DNA of 64,000 nucleotides, taken from NCBI GenBank assembly GCA_964486045.1, contig CAZALK010000001.1, forward strand, positions 192,001 to 256,000. The letters run 5' to 3'. Position 1 is the first letter of the stretch. Each line of letters begins with the position of its first letter. The stretch comes from an uncultured archaeon (GTDB taxonomy: Archaea > Asgardarchaeota > Lokiarchaeia > Sigyniarchaeales > SOKP01). This document shows, one piece after another, positions 48,408-58,992 of this stretch. Under the pieces are notes generated by a model that saw nothing but the letters and a program-made list of their open reading frames with translations, was not told the DNA's origin and made no database searches. A program made the position numbers and the translations under genes.

Positions 48408-48815
48408 CTAATAAACCTCATTAGGATCAAAAATTCTTTTGCTCTTCACTTTGAATTTTCCCTCGTCTAAGATTTTATGAAAGCAAGAATAATACCCTTT
48501 GTGGCAAGCTGCCATAATTTGTCTAACTTTAATTAAAACTGAATCATTATCACAATCTGTGAAAAAAGCTTTAATCTCTTGAACATGTCCACTAATTTCT
48601 CCTTTTTTCCATTCTTTTTGTCTAGATCTGGAATAATAATGAGCATGTCCCGTTTCTAAAGATTTTTGAATCGCTGACTGATCAGCAAAAGCAAGCATTA
48701 AAATTTCATTAGTTAGGTAATCCTGTGCAATAATAGGTATTAACCTACCTTCTATTTTTGAGAAATCTAATTGATTTATAATTTCTTCAACTTCAGTATG
48801 AGAAAATTTTATCAT
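48408..48815 (-). CDS. hisI: Phosphoribosyl-AMP cyclohydrolase
   Basis: YYSRSR..W.KGE.SG, DCDND, ACHKGYYSCF. Confidence 0.93.
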   Translation of the reverse strand: MIKFSHTEVEEIINQLDFSKIEGRLIPIIAQDYLTNEILMLAFADQSAIQKSLETGHAHYYSRSRQKEWKKGEISGHVQEIKAFFTDCDNDSVLIKVRQIMAACHKGYYSCFHKILDEGKFKVKSKRIFDPNEVY

Positions 48816-48958
48816 AGTATCAAAATTTATTATTTTGTTTATATTTTTTTTAGTATCTAAATATTAAAAACAAAGATAAAAATGGTTAACAATTTTAAAC
48901 TTGATCCATGGTGTCAACAGCAAATTGCTGAGGAAGTTTAATATTTAAATAAGTTTCC

Positions 48959-50110
48959 TTAATTTTTTTTATTTATTAAATATTTTAAATCTACTTTTTC
49001 TTTTAGTAGATAATCTTCTAAGATGTCTTTTGCTTTTTCTCTCTGTTTTTGGTGCTCACTAAGGAATATATTGATTTTCTGTATCAGATCTTTTTTGCAA
49101 TCTCCACAAAGTAGCTCTCCTCCAAGACATTTTGATTGAATACTTCTAAGTTCATTATCATCTAATGTGAAAAGCATAAAATGGTATTTATAAACCGAAC
49201 ACACTGATGGATTTCCTCCTAATTCTCTTTGTAGTTTTGCGCTTGCTTGTCCACCCGTGAACGCATTACCTACTTTTTTTTTTACAGTTTCTGGTTTATC
49301 TATTGTAAAGATTGCAGTTTCTCCTTCTGATGCAGACATTTTTCCACCTTGTTGAAGACTCGGAAGAAATACACATTCAAGAATGGCTGGTTTATAAAAA
49401 CCGAGTTTTGGCAGAACATCCCTAGATAATCTAAAATGAGGGTCTTGATCAACTGCTAGAGGGATCAAACATGGAACATTTTTTTCCTCTATTAGACTTT
49501 TAATGATAGCTGGAACAGTTTGAATACTTGTATAGAATATTTGACCTATATTTGAACTATTGTTAAAACCAAATGTAGCTTTAACTGTGGAGAAGGTTAT
49601 TTTTTTAGCTATTTGTAGAGCGTTTCTATAAAGTGTACCTGCAAGATCAATATCAGAAAAAATAAATGTTTTCTTTGGATTGAATCCTAAAGCAATAATA
49701 TCTAAAGCATTATCATATGCATATTTATGAGTTTCTTCTAATGAAATAGATTGATTGAATAAAAACTTTTCATCATCAGTTAACTGGAACCATAATTCCG
49801 TACCAAATTTGTCCTGTAACCATTTTGTAAAGATCCAAGGCAACAAATGGCCTAAATGGACATTTCCAGAGGGCCCCCTTCCAGTATAAAGGTAAAATGG
49901 ATTTCCTTTTTCATATTCTTCAAGAATCCATTTAAAATCTCTGTGAGCAAAAAAAATTTTTCTTGTTAAAAATGGATGAATCTCTTGTGTAATCTCTTTA
50001 AGATGGAATAACAATTTTTGATCAATAGGTTCGATTCCAAACTCCTTAATTAGTAAATCATAATCTACATCACCACTAACTTCCCACGGAGTAACTATGA
50101 AATCAGGCAT
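48959..50110 (-). CDS. trpS: Tryptophan--tRNA ligase (archaeal/eukaryotic type)
   Basis: VTPW, YTGRGPSG..HLGH, DQDPHFR, KMSAS; start ATG 50110. Confidence 0.95.
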   Translation of the reverse strand: MPDFIVTPWEVSGDVDYDLLIKEFGIEPIDQKLLFHLKEITQEIHPFLTRKIFFAHRDFKWILEEYEKGNPFYLYTGRGPSGNVHLGHLLPWIFTKWLQDKFGTELWFQLTDDEKFLFNQSISLEETHKYAYDNALDIIALGFNPKKTFIFSDIDLAGTLYRNALQIAKKITFSTVKATFGFNNSSNIGQIFYTSIQTVPAIIKSLIEEKNVPCLIPLAVDQDPHFRLSRDVLPKLGFYKPAILECVFLPSLQQGGKMSASEGETAIFTIDKPETVKKKVGNAFTGGQASAKLQRELGGNPSVCSVYKYHFMLFTLDDNELRSIQSKCLGGELLCGDCKKDLIQKINIFLSEHQKQREKAKDILEDYLLKEKVDLKYLINKKN

Positions 50111-50276
50111 TTTTAAGCAAAGCAATTTTTTAAAGTACTTTTTTAGGTAAAAATTTCATTTTTATTAGATTTTGGGATTTTTACAGTTAATATCTTTAGA
50201 AAATGATTGTCATAAAGCTAATTATGAGCAATTTTTAGATATGATCTTGAAAATATAATCCTACCACAGGTTCTGA

Positions 50277-50528
50277 ATGTGTATTACTGAACAGCAAAAA
50301 TTAGGTGGGGATCCCAAGATATGCATGATTTACAAACTGCTTATATATCATTTTGAAGAAGAGGATGAAAAATTAGCCTCAGACTATCAATTATGTATTA
50401 CCGGAAAGTTAATGTGTGGAACTCACAAAAAAGAATGTATTCAAAAAGTTTTAAAATTCATAGAAGTACACAGAAAGAAGAAGGAAAAATTCATAGATAA
50501 AGTTCGGGGATTACTCAAAATCGATTGA
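50277..50528 (+). pseudogene. Stand-alone TrpRS C-terminal (anticodon-binding) fragment
   Basis: QQKLGGDPKICMIY...CITGKLMCGTHKKE aligns with neighbouring TrpS QRELGGNPSVCSVY...CLGGELLCGDCKKD. Confidence 0.7.
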
Positions 50529-50554
50529 TTTCTTTCTACTTTTGATATAGGCAT

Positions 50555-51478
50555 CTAGATTAGTTCTTTCAGAATCTTGCTCAACTCTCCTAAGAAATCT
50601 GGGAATTTTCCCAGGAATTCCTCTCGTTGATTTTCTTTAGTCGCAACCGAAATGAAAAAGAACTCACTACCCACTTTCAATCTATGTAGGTATGAAAATA
50701 GTTTATGCTCAATTGAAGATATGTCGTGGTCAGATTCATATGTTTCTTCCTCCATTCTTTTTAGTAAAAAGAGATGTTCTTTAATGGAATCTAATAATTG
50801 GACATAAACCTCCGGTTCTATATTACTGTAATATTCAGAAATGATAATACCATTTCGATCAAAAACTATTAAGGCTTGGCTTTTGAATTCTTCTAAATAT
50901 CTCTCTAGTAACTCTGACATTTCGAAGAATTTATCATCAAAAACAGAAAGTCCATATGAGACTAATTGAACAATAGAAATAATATCATAAATAGATGTCT
51001 GTTGAAACAGAATTTTGAAATTTGAATATTTATCTAAAAGTTTCCCTCTCAATTTATCAATATTTTTTAAAATTTCAGTATCTCCCCTTAAATCAGGATC
51101 ATATTTATGGAAGGTGATTATTAAAGGAACATCCATTTTACTTTCGGTAAAAAAAGTTAAGATCGCATCTAAATACTCAAGAGAGTTCTCAAATCTTTCA
51201 CTGTCTTGGATATCAATCACATAAATGAGTAAGTCAGTAGCGTCGAAATAAACATCTTGATAATTTATATAAATCTCCCGGTACTGATCTTGGCCACCCA
51301 TATCCCAAAATATGGTATTATTTCTCAGGAAATTCATTTTATGATACTCTACTCTAATTGTAGGCTTTAGTTGAACTATATCCTTTTGAAAATCATATTT
51401 TTTATCTAAAGCTGTTAATATTGAAGTTTTACCAGCGTTATCCAAGCCTGAGATCACAACTTTTAATAAAGACTCCAT
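50555..51478 (-). CDS. Arf/Rag-like small GTPase with C-terminal roadblock/longin-like domain
   Basis: GLDNAGKTS, PT, WDMGGQ, HKYD, TSI; C-terminal ALIVFDRNGIIISEY. Confidence 0.85.
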   Translation of the reverse strand: MESLLKVVISGLDNAGKTSILTALDKKYDFQKDIVQLKPTIRVEYHKMNFLRNNTIFWDMGGQDQYREIYINYQDVYFDATDLLIYVIDIQDSERFENSLEYLDAILTFFTESKMDVPLIITFHKYDPDLRGDTEILKNIDKLRGKLLDKYSNFKILFQQTSIYDIISIVQLVSYGLSVFDDKFFEMSELLERYLEEFKSQALIVFDRNGIIISEYYSNIEPEVYVQLLDSIKEHLFLLKRMEEETYESDHDISSIEHKLFSYLHRLKVGSEFFFISVATKENQREEFLGKFPDFLGELSKILKELI

Positions 51479-51770
51479 TGAAATTCATTCATAAACGTTT
51501 TTTAAATTTAATAAAATAATAAATCAAAACAATTTAAACTTCTTCGATTACAAAATCGAGTTTAAAACATAATTCTCCGACTCAATTTAAAATATTGTTT
51601 GCTATAATATCGACATACTATCTAAATATTATTTGTGTATGAATAATTTTTTCTTTTATTGAGAGGCTATTAAAAGGTGCATGATTTGGAACCAAATTTG
51701 ATGACATATAAATGATATTTATATTTTTTAAAGAAAATACCGTGATTTCAATCAATAGTCTAATTTATAA

Positions 51771-52013
51771 ATGGGAGTGATAATTTTGATTGAAATAAAC
51801 AATAAATTTTTAGAGAATTTAGAATATCAAATAAGTATAACTGAGAAATCTGAGATAACATATAAGAAAATTCCAGTATTCACCGAACAGTTGAAACATT
51901 TTGATAAATCCGTTATGAATCTTAGAGAAAAGTTTGAAAAAATACATCTTCGAGATAAATATCAAATAATAATATCAGAATTGGAAGACCTAATAAGCCA
52001 TTCAAAAAAATAA
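51771..52013 (+). CDS. Small hypothetical protein
   Basis: 80-aa helical ORF. Confidence 0.4.
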   Translation: MGVIILIEINNKFLENLEYQISITEKSEITYKKIPVFTEQLKHFDKSVMNLREKFEKIHLRDKYQIIISELEDLISHSKK

Positions 52014-52038
52014 TAAATTACTACCTATTTTTTTAACC

Positions 52039-52461
52039 TTAGTCACCAATAATAGTACAGTATATTGTTCTTGATCTCGGCTTTTCGTCACATTCAATAA
52101 AGGAAATCTGTTGCCAAGTCCCTAATATTAATTTCCTATTCTTAAAGGGAAATGATTGGGAAGTTTTGATAAAAAAACTCCTTAAGTGGCCTGCACCGTT
52201 ATGATCTCCCCATGTTTTTGTGTGAGCATATTGGTTCTCATAGGGTATTAGTTTCTCTAAGAGTTCTTTGATGTCATGCTGTACTAGCCCAGGTTCATAT
52301 TCAATAGTTGAAATTGCTCCTGTAGAACCCGCTACATGCACATTTATAATTCCATTATTAATATTACTATTTCGGAGCAAATTTTGAACCTGAGTTGTGA
52401 TATTAATCACGTCACAATAAGCATTCGATTTTAACTCAAATGTTTGAATATTTACTGTCAT
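52039..52461 (-). CDS. yjbQ: YjbQ/UPF0047 family protein
   Basis: GSTGAISTIEYEPGL, HNGAGHLRS, LGTWQQI. Confidence 0.9.
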   Translation of the reverse strand: MTVNIQTFELKSNAYCDVINITTQVQNLLRNSNINNGIINVHVAGSTGAISTIEYEPGLVQHDIKELLEKLIPYENQYAHTKTWGDHNGAGHLRSFFIKTSQSFPFKNRKLILGTWQQISFIECDEKPRSRTIYCTIIGD

Positions 52462-53510
52462 TTTTGTTTCTTTCTTCTATCACATTGATTAATATTTTTA
52501 ATTTGTTTTAGTACTGAATGAGGTAAATTCTTTTCGTTTCCTTCCTTTAATGCGATGATTTTTGCCAGAATGAGAAGTTCATCTTGGTTTAATCCCTCAA
52601 TATTAGTCCAGCCACTTGATTCTCCTGCTTCAATACAAATAAAGTAAGGTGCTTTGTTAAATTTTGAACATTTCTTGTCTTTACATTTTTCGCATATCTC
52701 AGGAAAGTAGTAGACTTTCCCATTCTTGATAAATAATGAAAATGTTCCGAAATTTTTATTATTTATTTTAATCCAATTAAGAGACTCATATTCAATATCT
52801 AAATCTAAATTCTGAATATAATTATTGAGAAGGTCAAGATTAACTATTTTTTGGTTAGATTGTAAGATATGGGTTTCTGGCTCATAATAATCATGACATT
52901 CATCTCGTATAACTGAATGTCCAAATAAAGCATCGAGGTGGATAAAATTTATAACAATTTTGCTTTCCAATTCTTTTTCTTTTATTCTTTTAAAAATCAT
53001 GGACGATAGTTGTTTAAATATTTCAGATTGATTAGAAATCTCAAATGTCTCAATTTTATTCTCAAGCGCAATTGAAATAAATTCTTCGCTATTGAAATAT
53101 GAGTTTACAATAAAATTTTGAGAGAGATTTTCAAGAATAACACAAAATACAAGCAATATATCAGGTGATGAATTTTGAATTTCATCGAAATATTGCTTTA
53201 TTTGGTCAACTTTCTCCTCCGAGATAAAAAAAATTATAGCGTCAGCACCAGAATAGAATGTTGAACGCAAAAAAGCTCTATCCTGAGTACAAGCTATATT
53301 CCATAAAAGAAATTCAAATTTTTGATCAAATTTGTAAAAAAAATCAAGTTTGCTAATATTAACACCAATATTATGCTTGTTTTCTATTGGTAAGCAATCA
53401 GAACTTATTCTTTTTTGAAACTCATCCTTATAATTTTCATAACCCCCGAGAATACATACCTTCTTTTTAATATATGTATGAATTGGATCAATAGTTTCAA
53501 AAGAGTGCAA
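52458..53510 (-). CDS. Degenerate Rab-like GTPase domain fused to Cys-rich C-terminal domain
   Basis: KKKVCILG, IGVN, LWNIAC, FYSGADAIIFF retained, P-loop GK[ST] and NKxD lost; CEKC..KKC..C at the C-terminus. Confidence 0.65.
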   Translation of the reverse strand: MHSFETIDPIHTYIKKKVCILGGYENYKDEFQKRISSDCLPIENKHNIGVNISKLDFFYKFDQKFEFLLWNIACTQDRAFLRSTFYSGADAIIFFISEEKVDQIKQYFDEIQNSSPDILLVFCVILENLSQNFIVNSYFNSEEFISIALENKIETFEISNQSEIFKQLSSMIFKRIKEKELESKIVINFIHLDALFGHSVIRDECHDYYEPETHILQSNQKIVNLDLLNNYIQNLDLDIEYESLNWIKINNKNFGTFSLFIKNGKVYYFPEICEKCKDKKCSKFNKAPYFICIEAGESSGWTNIEGLNQDELLILAKIIALKEGNEKNLPHSVLKQIKNINQCDRRKKQK

Positions 53511-53613
53511 TTTGACTTCCTCATAAAGATTTTAAGCTAAATCCAATAAATAATAAATTTTTTTATGAATTTTAATTTATTCTTTTTAGAAACTATCAAC
53601 ATAGGAATTATCA

Positions 53614-54030
53614 ATGAAAAAATTAGATGAATTCTTAAAAAAAATACACGACTCCAAATCCCAAATCCCAGAATATGCAAGTATTATAGTTAAACCTGGA
53701 AAGAAAGTATCAGACATTAAAATTAAGAAAGAAACTGCGAATATCTTAAAAGTAATTGCTCATGAAGAAAAGACCACAGGCTGGTTCTTACATTCTGTTC
53801 ATATTCCTTTAAATAATTTAGGTTTGACTTATAATTCCAAAGATAAGGAAATAATAGAATATTTATCTGAACCTAATAAGATTAAGAACAAACTAACTAA
53901 AGATTATGTCGAAAAAATTTTAAGAAAATATGTAGCTATTCTACCAGAAAAGAAGAAACATTTTTTTAAAACTGAAAGATTTAAGAAGAAGAAAGAATTT
54001 AAAACAGGAGCTCAATTAAAAGGATTTTAG
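53614..54030 (+). CDS. Basic hypothetical protein
   Basis: 138-aa Lys-rich ORF. Confidence 0.6.
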   Translation: MKKLDEFLKKIHDSKSQIPEYASIIVKPGKKVSDIKIKKETANILKVIAHEEKTTGWFLHSVHIPLNNLGLTYNSKDKEIIEYLSEPNKIKNKLTKDYVEKILRKYVAILPEKKKHFFKTERFKKKKEFKTGAQLKGF

Positions 54031-54069
54031 CTTAGAACTAGTTAGCTCCAATATCCGATTATTTATTTT

Positions 54070-54936
54070 CTAATTTCTTAATGGCATACCGTTAAGGCTA
54101 ACTATTTCTTTTTTTGCTGGTTTTCTTTTGCGGTAAGGATTTTTCAGATCATGTATTTTTCTACCAAACGTGAGATAACCTGTATGGCCTATCATTCTTA
54201 CCTCGGGACGCGTTGCGTTTTTTTTAACCTGGATTTTTCTTTTAATCAATTCATAGGTATTAATTTCAACGAACTTATGCTCTTTCAATGCAAACGTTGT
54301 TTTCTTTACTTGTTCGATAGTAGGGGAAAATGAAACTATAGTCCCACTTTGCTTTAAATACGATTTTACTTTCTCAATTGCGTTCCATGGCTCAGCAATA
54401 TCTAAAACTACAGAATCTACATTAGAATAATTTAAATTATCCTTTATGATGTTTCCAAATTTAATTGATACCGTTTCATCTAGTTTTGCTCTTTCGATAT
54501 TCTTTTTTGCTCGTGTTATAGATTTTTCCCGAATATCATATGAATAAATATGCCCATGTGGGCGAACATAGTTCCCTAAAATACAAGTTAATGCCCCAGA
54601 GCCACATCCAGCTTCAATCACTATACTTCCTGGTCCGATCCCTGAGTACAGTATAATCATTCCAGCATCCTCGGGATAAATTATTTGAGTCTTCCGAATC
54701 ATATGTATTACATAATCAGAAGGTAATGGTTTTAGTACGTAAAATTTGTATCCCTGAGTTTCATAGGGTTTTGAAAACACAACTGTACCAAATTTTTGAC
54801 CAATTATATCATCAAATTCAATAATTCCTTTATGGGTATGAAAAGTGTCTCCAGCTTTCACTGGAAGTATCCATCTTCTCCTATCGTCAAGAATTAAAAA
54901 GATTAGATCATTTTCTTCTATTATTTCAGAGGACAT
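54070..54936 (-). CDS. trmI: tRNA (adenine57/58-N1)-methyltransferase
   Basis: TQIIYPED, EAGCGSG, LDIAEPW, HTGYL. Confidence 0.93.
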   Translation of the reverse strand: MSSEIIEENDLIFLILDDRRRWILPVKAGDTFHTHKGIIEFDDIIGQKFGTVVFSKPYETQGYKFYVLKPLPSDYVIHMIRKTQIIYPEDAGMIILYSGIGPGSIVIEAGCGSGALTCILGNYVRPHGHIYSYDIREKSITRAKKNIERAKLDETVSIKFGNIIKDNLNYSNVDSVVLDIAEPWNAIEKVKSYLKQSGTIVSFSPTIEQVKKTTFALKEHKFVEINTYELIKRKIQVKKNATRPEVRMIGHTGYLTFGRKIHDLKNPYRKRKPAKKEIVSLNGMPLRN

Positions 54937-55108
54937 TTTTAGATAAGGGTTTTTGTTTTTTTAAAGGATAAAACCCTTTAATGGTTTGTCATCTGACCTA
55001 CTTTTATTACTGATTTAATTACAAAAAATATATAAAACATACATAATTGCATTAGTTAAACTGTTTAAATAAATTCCTTTTTATAAATACTTCCTAAAGT
55101 ATGAATTT

Positions 55109-56017
55109 ATGAGTAGAAATAATACTAGAAACTCCCAAAATTCTCGTACTTCCTTTAGAGGAATTCAAATCTTAATTGAAGATCTACGGCAAAAAAGAGA
55201 TGATCTCAACCTTAAGACAAAAAATTTTATTAACGAACTCCAAGAAATCGAAACAGAAATTAATCTAAATCTAAAAACCGCTAAGGAAAAATATAAAAAG
55301 AAAAGAGATTATTGGAATAACAAAGTAAAAGAACTTAAGGACAAAAAATTAGAGTATAAAACACTTTTAGATAAACTTTATGAAGAAAAAAGAACGATTC
55401 AAAAGAAGGGTAACAATTCAGAGAGACCAATTAATATAAAACAAGTCGATCGAAAAATTAGCAATTTAGAAAGAACAATTGAGACAGAAAATCTTGATAT
55501 AGCAGAAGAAAATGCTATGGTAGATCAAATTAAATTATTAGCAGAATCGAAGCATAAATTTTTAGCCGACCAACAAAATAGTGATTTCTTCATAATAGAA
55601 CGAAAAATTGAGATTGTAAAAATCAATTTAAATAAGATCTATGAGCAACTAAGCAAGTGGTCAAATAAGTCTCAAGAAAACCATGCGAAAATGTTGGATA
55701 TTTTCAATAAGGTCGATGAATTAAGAGAAAATAAAAGAAAAAGAGAAGAAGAATTAATCGAAAACAAAAAAGCTGCTGATCGCTACCACGAACAATATCT
55801 ACAGGTAATGAATCAAAGGAAAAAAAATTCAAAAGATAAAAGATCCTTTAAACCGAGTAAAAAGCCACCTTTTAGATCTAGGTATAATAACAAAAAAAAT
55901 GAAATGATTGAAAAAATCAAGGAGAACAAACTAGCTGAAGCTATAGAAAAGCAAAAAGCTGGTAAAAAATTAAACCTATTTGAGGCTCGATTGATTTTAG
56001 AAAAATCTGGACGATAG
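55109..56017 (+). CDS. Archaeal coiled-coil protein (COG1340-like)
   Basis: Long heptad pattern, LE..IET..L....E, C-terminal GKKLNLFE. Confidence 0.75.
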   Translation: MSRNNTRNSQNSRTSFRGIQILIEDLRQKRDDLNLKTKNFINELQEIETEINLNLKTAKEKYKKKRDYWNNKVKELKDKKLEYKTLLDKLYEEKRTIQKKGNNSERPINIKQVDRKISNLERTIETENLDIAEENAMVDQIKLLAESKHKFLADQQNSDFFIIERKIEIVKINLNKIYEQLSKWSNKSQENHAKMLDIFNKVDELRENKRKREEELIENKKAADRYHEQYLQVMNQRKKNSKDKRSFKPSKKPPFRSRYNNKKNEMIEKIKENKLAEAIEKQKAGKKLNLFEARLILEKSGR

Positions 56018-56222
56018 TTTTTGATGAATATTAAAATATTATGAAAATTTAATGAATTTAGCTTTTAAATGTTTTAATTCTCATCTAGTGATTTTCATGA
56101 GATTTATAATTTCTATTAATAATTGTTGTTCAAATCTTAAATAGATCTGTCATAATATTTAAAAAAATTGAAGATTTATTCTTTTATTAACGTTTAAAAT
56201 TAAAGAAAGGATTTGTTATAAA

Positions 56223-57551
56223 TTGCATAAAAAAGTAACTGAAATCAGAGAGATAATGATCAAGCATCATGATTGGTTTAAAAAGTCTATTCCTTTAATC
56301 GCATCGGAAAATATAACTAGTCCAGCTGTGGATGAGGCTTGTGGATGTGATTTTTCGCATCGTTATGCAGAGGGGTGGTCTGGTCAGAGAGTTTATGCCG
56401 GTTGTTCATTCATGGACGAGATCGAAGATATTTGTATGGATCTAGCTAAAGAATATTACAAATGTATTCATGCAGATGTTCGTCCTATATCTGGAGTAGT
56501 CGCAAATTTAGTAATGTATAATGCATTTACTTCAGATAATAATGGTAAAATGTGTTGTATGTCTATAGTTAGAGGTGGACATATTTCACATGGACCTAGA
56601 TTTGCAAAAAGTGGAAGAGAGATTTTCGGAACTGCTGGAACAACAAGGGGAATTAATGTAGAATATCTAATTTTTGACAACGATGAGATGAATTTAGATA
56701 TTGATGCATCCGCAAAGGTCATTAGAGATTTTGAACCTGAATTAGTTTTATTTGGTGGATCATTATTTCTATTCCCTCATCCTGTAAAAGAACTCGGAGA
56801 TGTTGGGAAAGAAGTTGGTGCTTTTGTAGGATATGATGCTGCTCATGTAGCTGGGTTGATTGGCTCCGGATATTTCCAAGATCCATTAAGAGAGGGGGCA
56901 GACGTAATGACAATGAGTACGCATAAAACACTTCCTGGACCTCAACATGGTACTCTATTATCGAATAGAGAAGATCTAATTGATAGATTAAGGTCCTGTG
57001 CCTTTCCAGCACTACTTTCTAACCATCATCTTCATAATGTTGCCGGATTAGCCATAACTCTGGCAGAAATGTTAGAATACGGAAAAGACTATCATAAAAA
57101 TATCATAGAAAATGCACAAGCACTAGGACAGGCATTATACGAGCAAGGATTAAACGTTTTAATGGAGCATAAAGGTTTTACTGAGTCTCATCAAATTGTA
57201 GTTGACATCACTGATTTTCAAGACACCATTGGGTTGGGTGGTGATATTGAAAAATTATTAGAAAAAGCAAATATAATTCTTAATCGCAATCTATTACCCT
57301 ATGATCTAGCGGAGGGAAGACATTATCAAAATCCGGGAGGATTACGAATCGGAACTTCTGAAATCACTCGACTTGGTATGAGAAAAAAAGATATGGTTGA
57401 TATTGCTGAATTTTTTAGGAAACTTTTAATTGATAAGAAAGATCCAAATGTCATTAAAAATGAAGTTGCTGAATTTAAGAAGGAATTTCAAGAGATTAAG
57501 TATTGTTTTCAATCTTCAAATAAAGCTTACGAATTTATGAAATTCTTTTAG
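56223..57551 (+). CDS. glyA: Serine hydroxymethyltransferase
   Basis: LIASEN, RYAEG, GGHISH, DAAH, STHKTLPGP, GLRIGT. Confidence 0.95.
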   Translation: MHKKVTEIREIMIKHHDWFKKSIPLIASENITSPAVDEACGCDFSHRYAEGWSGQRVYAGCSFMDEIEDICMDLAKEYYKCIHADVRPISGVVANLVMYNAFTSDNNGKMCCMSIVRGGHISHGPRFAKSGREIFGTAGTTRGINVEYLIFDNDEMNLDIDASAKVIRDFEPELVLFGGSLFLFPHPVKELGDVGKEVGAFVGYDAAHVAGLIGSGYFQDPLREGADVMTMSTHKTLPGPQHGTLLSNREDLIDRLRSCAFPALLSNHHLHNVAGLAITLAEMLEYGKDYHKNIIENAQALGQALYEQGLNVLMEHKGFTESHQIVVDITDFQDTIGLGGDIEKLLEKANIILNRNLLPYDLAEGRHYQNPGGLRIGTSEITRLGMRKKDMVDIAEFFRKLLIDKKDPNVIKNEVAEFKKEFQEIKYCFQSSNKAYEFMKFF

Positions 57552-57714
57552 TTTTTAAAAATTTTTAGTCAAATTCTTCATTACGAGTTAGAAGTAAAAA
57601 ATGCATTCATTTTACTTTAGAATACCTTCGATAAACAATAATAAAACTTATCTTATATGGTGATTTTAGGTTAATATTCCTATTTCGTTATCGATACCTT
57701 TGTTCTGAAATATC

Positions 57715-58548
57715 ATGGATATCAATGTTCTTGAAAAAACTGAGCACAAGTTAGTGTTTGTTGTTGAAGATATCTCAATCGATATGGCAAATGCTATAAG
57801 AAGAATTATTTTATCCGAAATCCCGGTAATGGCAGTAGATGAGGTTATCGTCTTAAAAAATGATAGTCCTTTATATGATGAGATTATAGCTCATAGATTG
57901 GGTATGATCCCCCTAACTACCGATTTGGAATCGTATAAATTACCACAAGATTGCGAGTGTGGTGGATTTGGATGTCCTCTTTGCCAAGTTTCTCTTACAT
58001 GCGAAGTAATAAACACTACAAATGCACCATTATTGGTTTACTCAGGTAATTTAAAATCAAATGATCCTCTAATATCACCCGTTGATTCCAGAATCCCTAT
58101 AGTGAAGATAGACAAAAATGATCAACTGATTCTTGAAGCTTATGCATTTTTGGGTATCGGTAAAGAGCATGTTAAATGGCAAGCTGTTTCTAATATTTTT
58201 TATAGATTTTACCCTTCTATAAAATTTGATAGCACCAAATGTTCCAAGTGTTCAGATAAATGTTTAGTAGAAAGAATGTGCCCTGAAAAATTATATGATT
58301 TTTCTGATGGAAAAACACCCAAACTATCAGAAGATTATTGGAAAACTTGTACTTTATGTAAATCATGTGAAAAGGATTGCATAGAAAAAGCAATAGAATT
58401 GAAATCTAAGGAAAACACCTATATTTTTTCCATTGAAAGTGATGGTGTTTTACCTTTTAACGTAATTCTTACAAAAGCTTTCGAAATATTTTTGGCAAAA
58501 ATTGATGAATTTGTTGAAAAACTTGAAGCTCTTGAGTTAGAATCGTGA
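57715..58548 (+). CDS. rpoD: DNA-directed RNA polymerase subunit D (Rpo3)
   Basis: ANAIRR, DEIIAHRLGMIPL, GKEHVKW, Fe-S domain CTLCKSC..C. Confidence 0.95.
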   Translation: MDINVLEKTEHKLVFVVEDISIDMANAIRRIILSEIPVMAVDEVIVLKNDSPLYDEIIAHRLGMIPLTTDLESYKLPQDCECGGFGCPLCQVSLTCEVINTTNAPLLVYSGNLKSNDPLISPVDSRIPIVKIDKNDQLILEAYAFLGIGKEHVKWQAVSNIFYRFYPSIKFDSTKCSKCSDKCLVERMCPEKLYDFSDGKTPKLSEDYWKTCTLCKSCEKDCIEKAIELKSKENTYIFSIESDGVLPFNVILTKAFEIFLAKIDEFVEKLEALELES

Positions 58549-58609
58549 AATATCACAAAATTATTAAAATACCTAAAACTTAAATTAATTATTACGGTAA
58601 AAGTTCCTA

Positions 58610-58966
58610 ATGTCTCATAAAATAACTGGACCAAGCAATTATTACGTTAGAAAATTAATTAGAGATTTGTGGAAAACCAAAATAAAGATTTGGCGAAAAA
58701 TCTCAAAAAAATTAAGTGGTCCTAGAAAAAACAAAGTTGCCCCAAATTTATACCGCATTAACAGTAAAACTAAGGAAAATGAAGTGATTGTTATACCCGG
58801 GAAAGTATTGGGAATGGGAGAATTAGATCATACTCTTACCATTGCTTGTTTAGAATATTCCAATTCAGCAAAAAAGAAGATTAAATCTTCAGGAAGTAAG
58901 TTGATTTCTATAGAAGAATTATTAGAACAATACCCAAAAGGTAGCGGAGTAAAAATTTTCTATTAG
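58610..58966 (+). CDS. rpl18e: 50S ribosomal protein L18e
   Basis: VIPGKVLGMG, SAKKKI, position after rpoD. Confidence 0.93.
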   Translation: MSHKITGPSNYYVRKLIRDLWKTKIKIWRKISKKLSGPRKNKVAPNLYRINSKTKENEVIVIPGKVLGMGELDHTLTIACLEYSNSAKKKIKSSGSKLISIEELLEQYPKGSGVKIFY

Positions 58967-58992
58967 ACTAAAAAATTAGAGTGTTATAATTT

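Noticed and set aside
51533-51566. Imperfect inverted repeat upstream of the Rag-like GTPase
   Set aside because: AT-rich with a bulge and seen only once; not distinguishable from chance.
51647-51660. TTTTTTCTTTTATT as a regulon motif in the right half
   Set aside because: Lacks a proper TATA ending and is ~110 nt from a weakly supported ORF.
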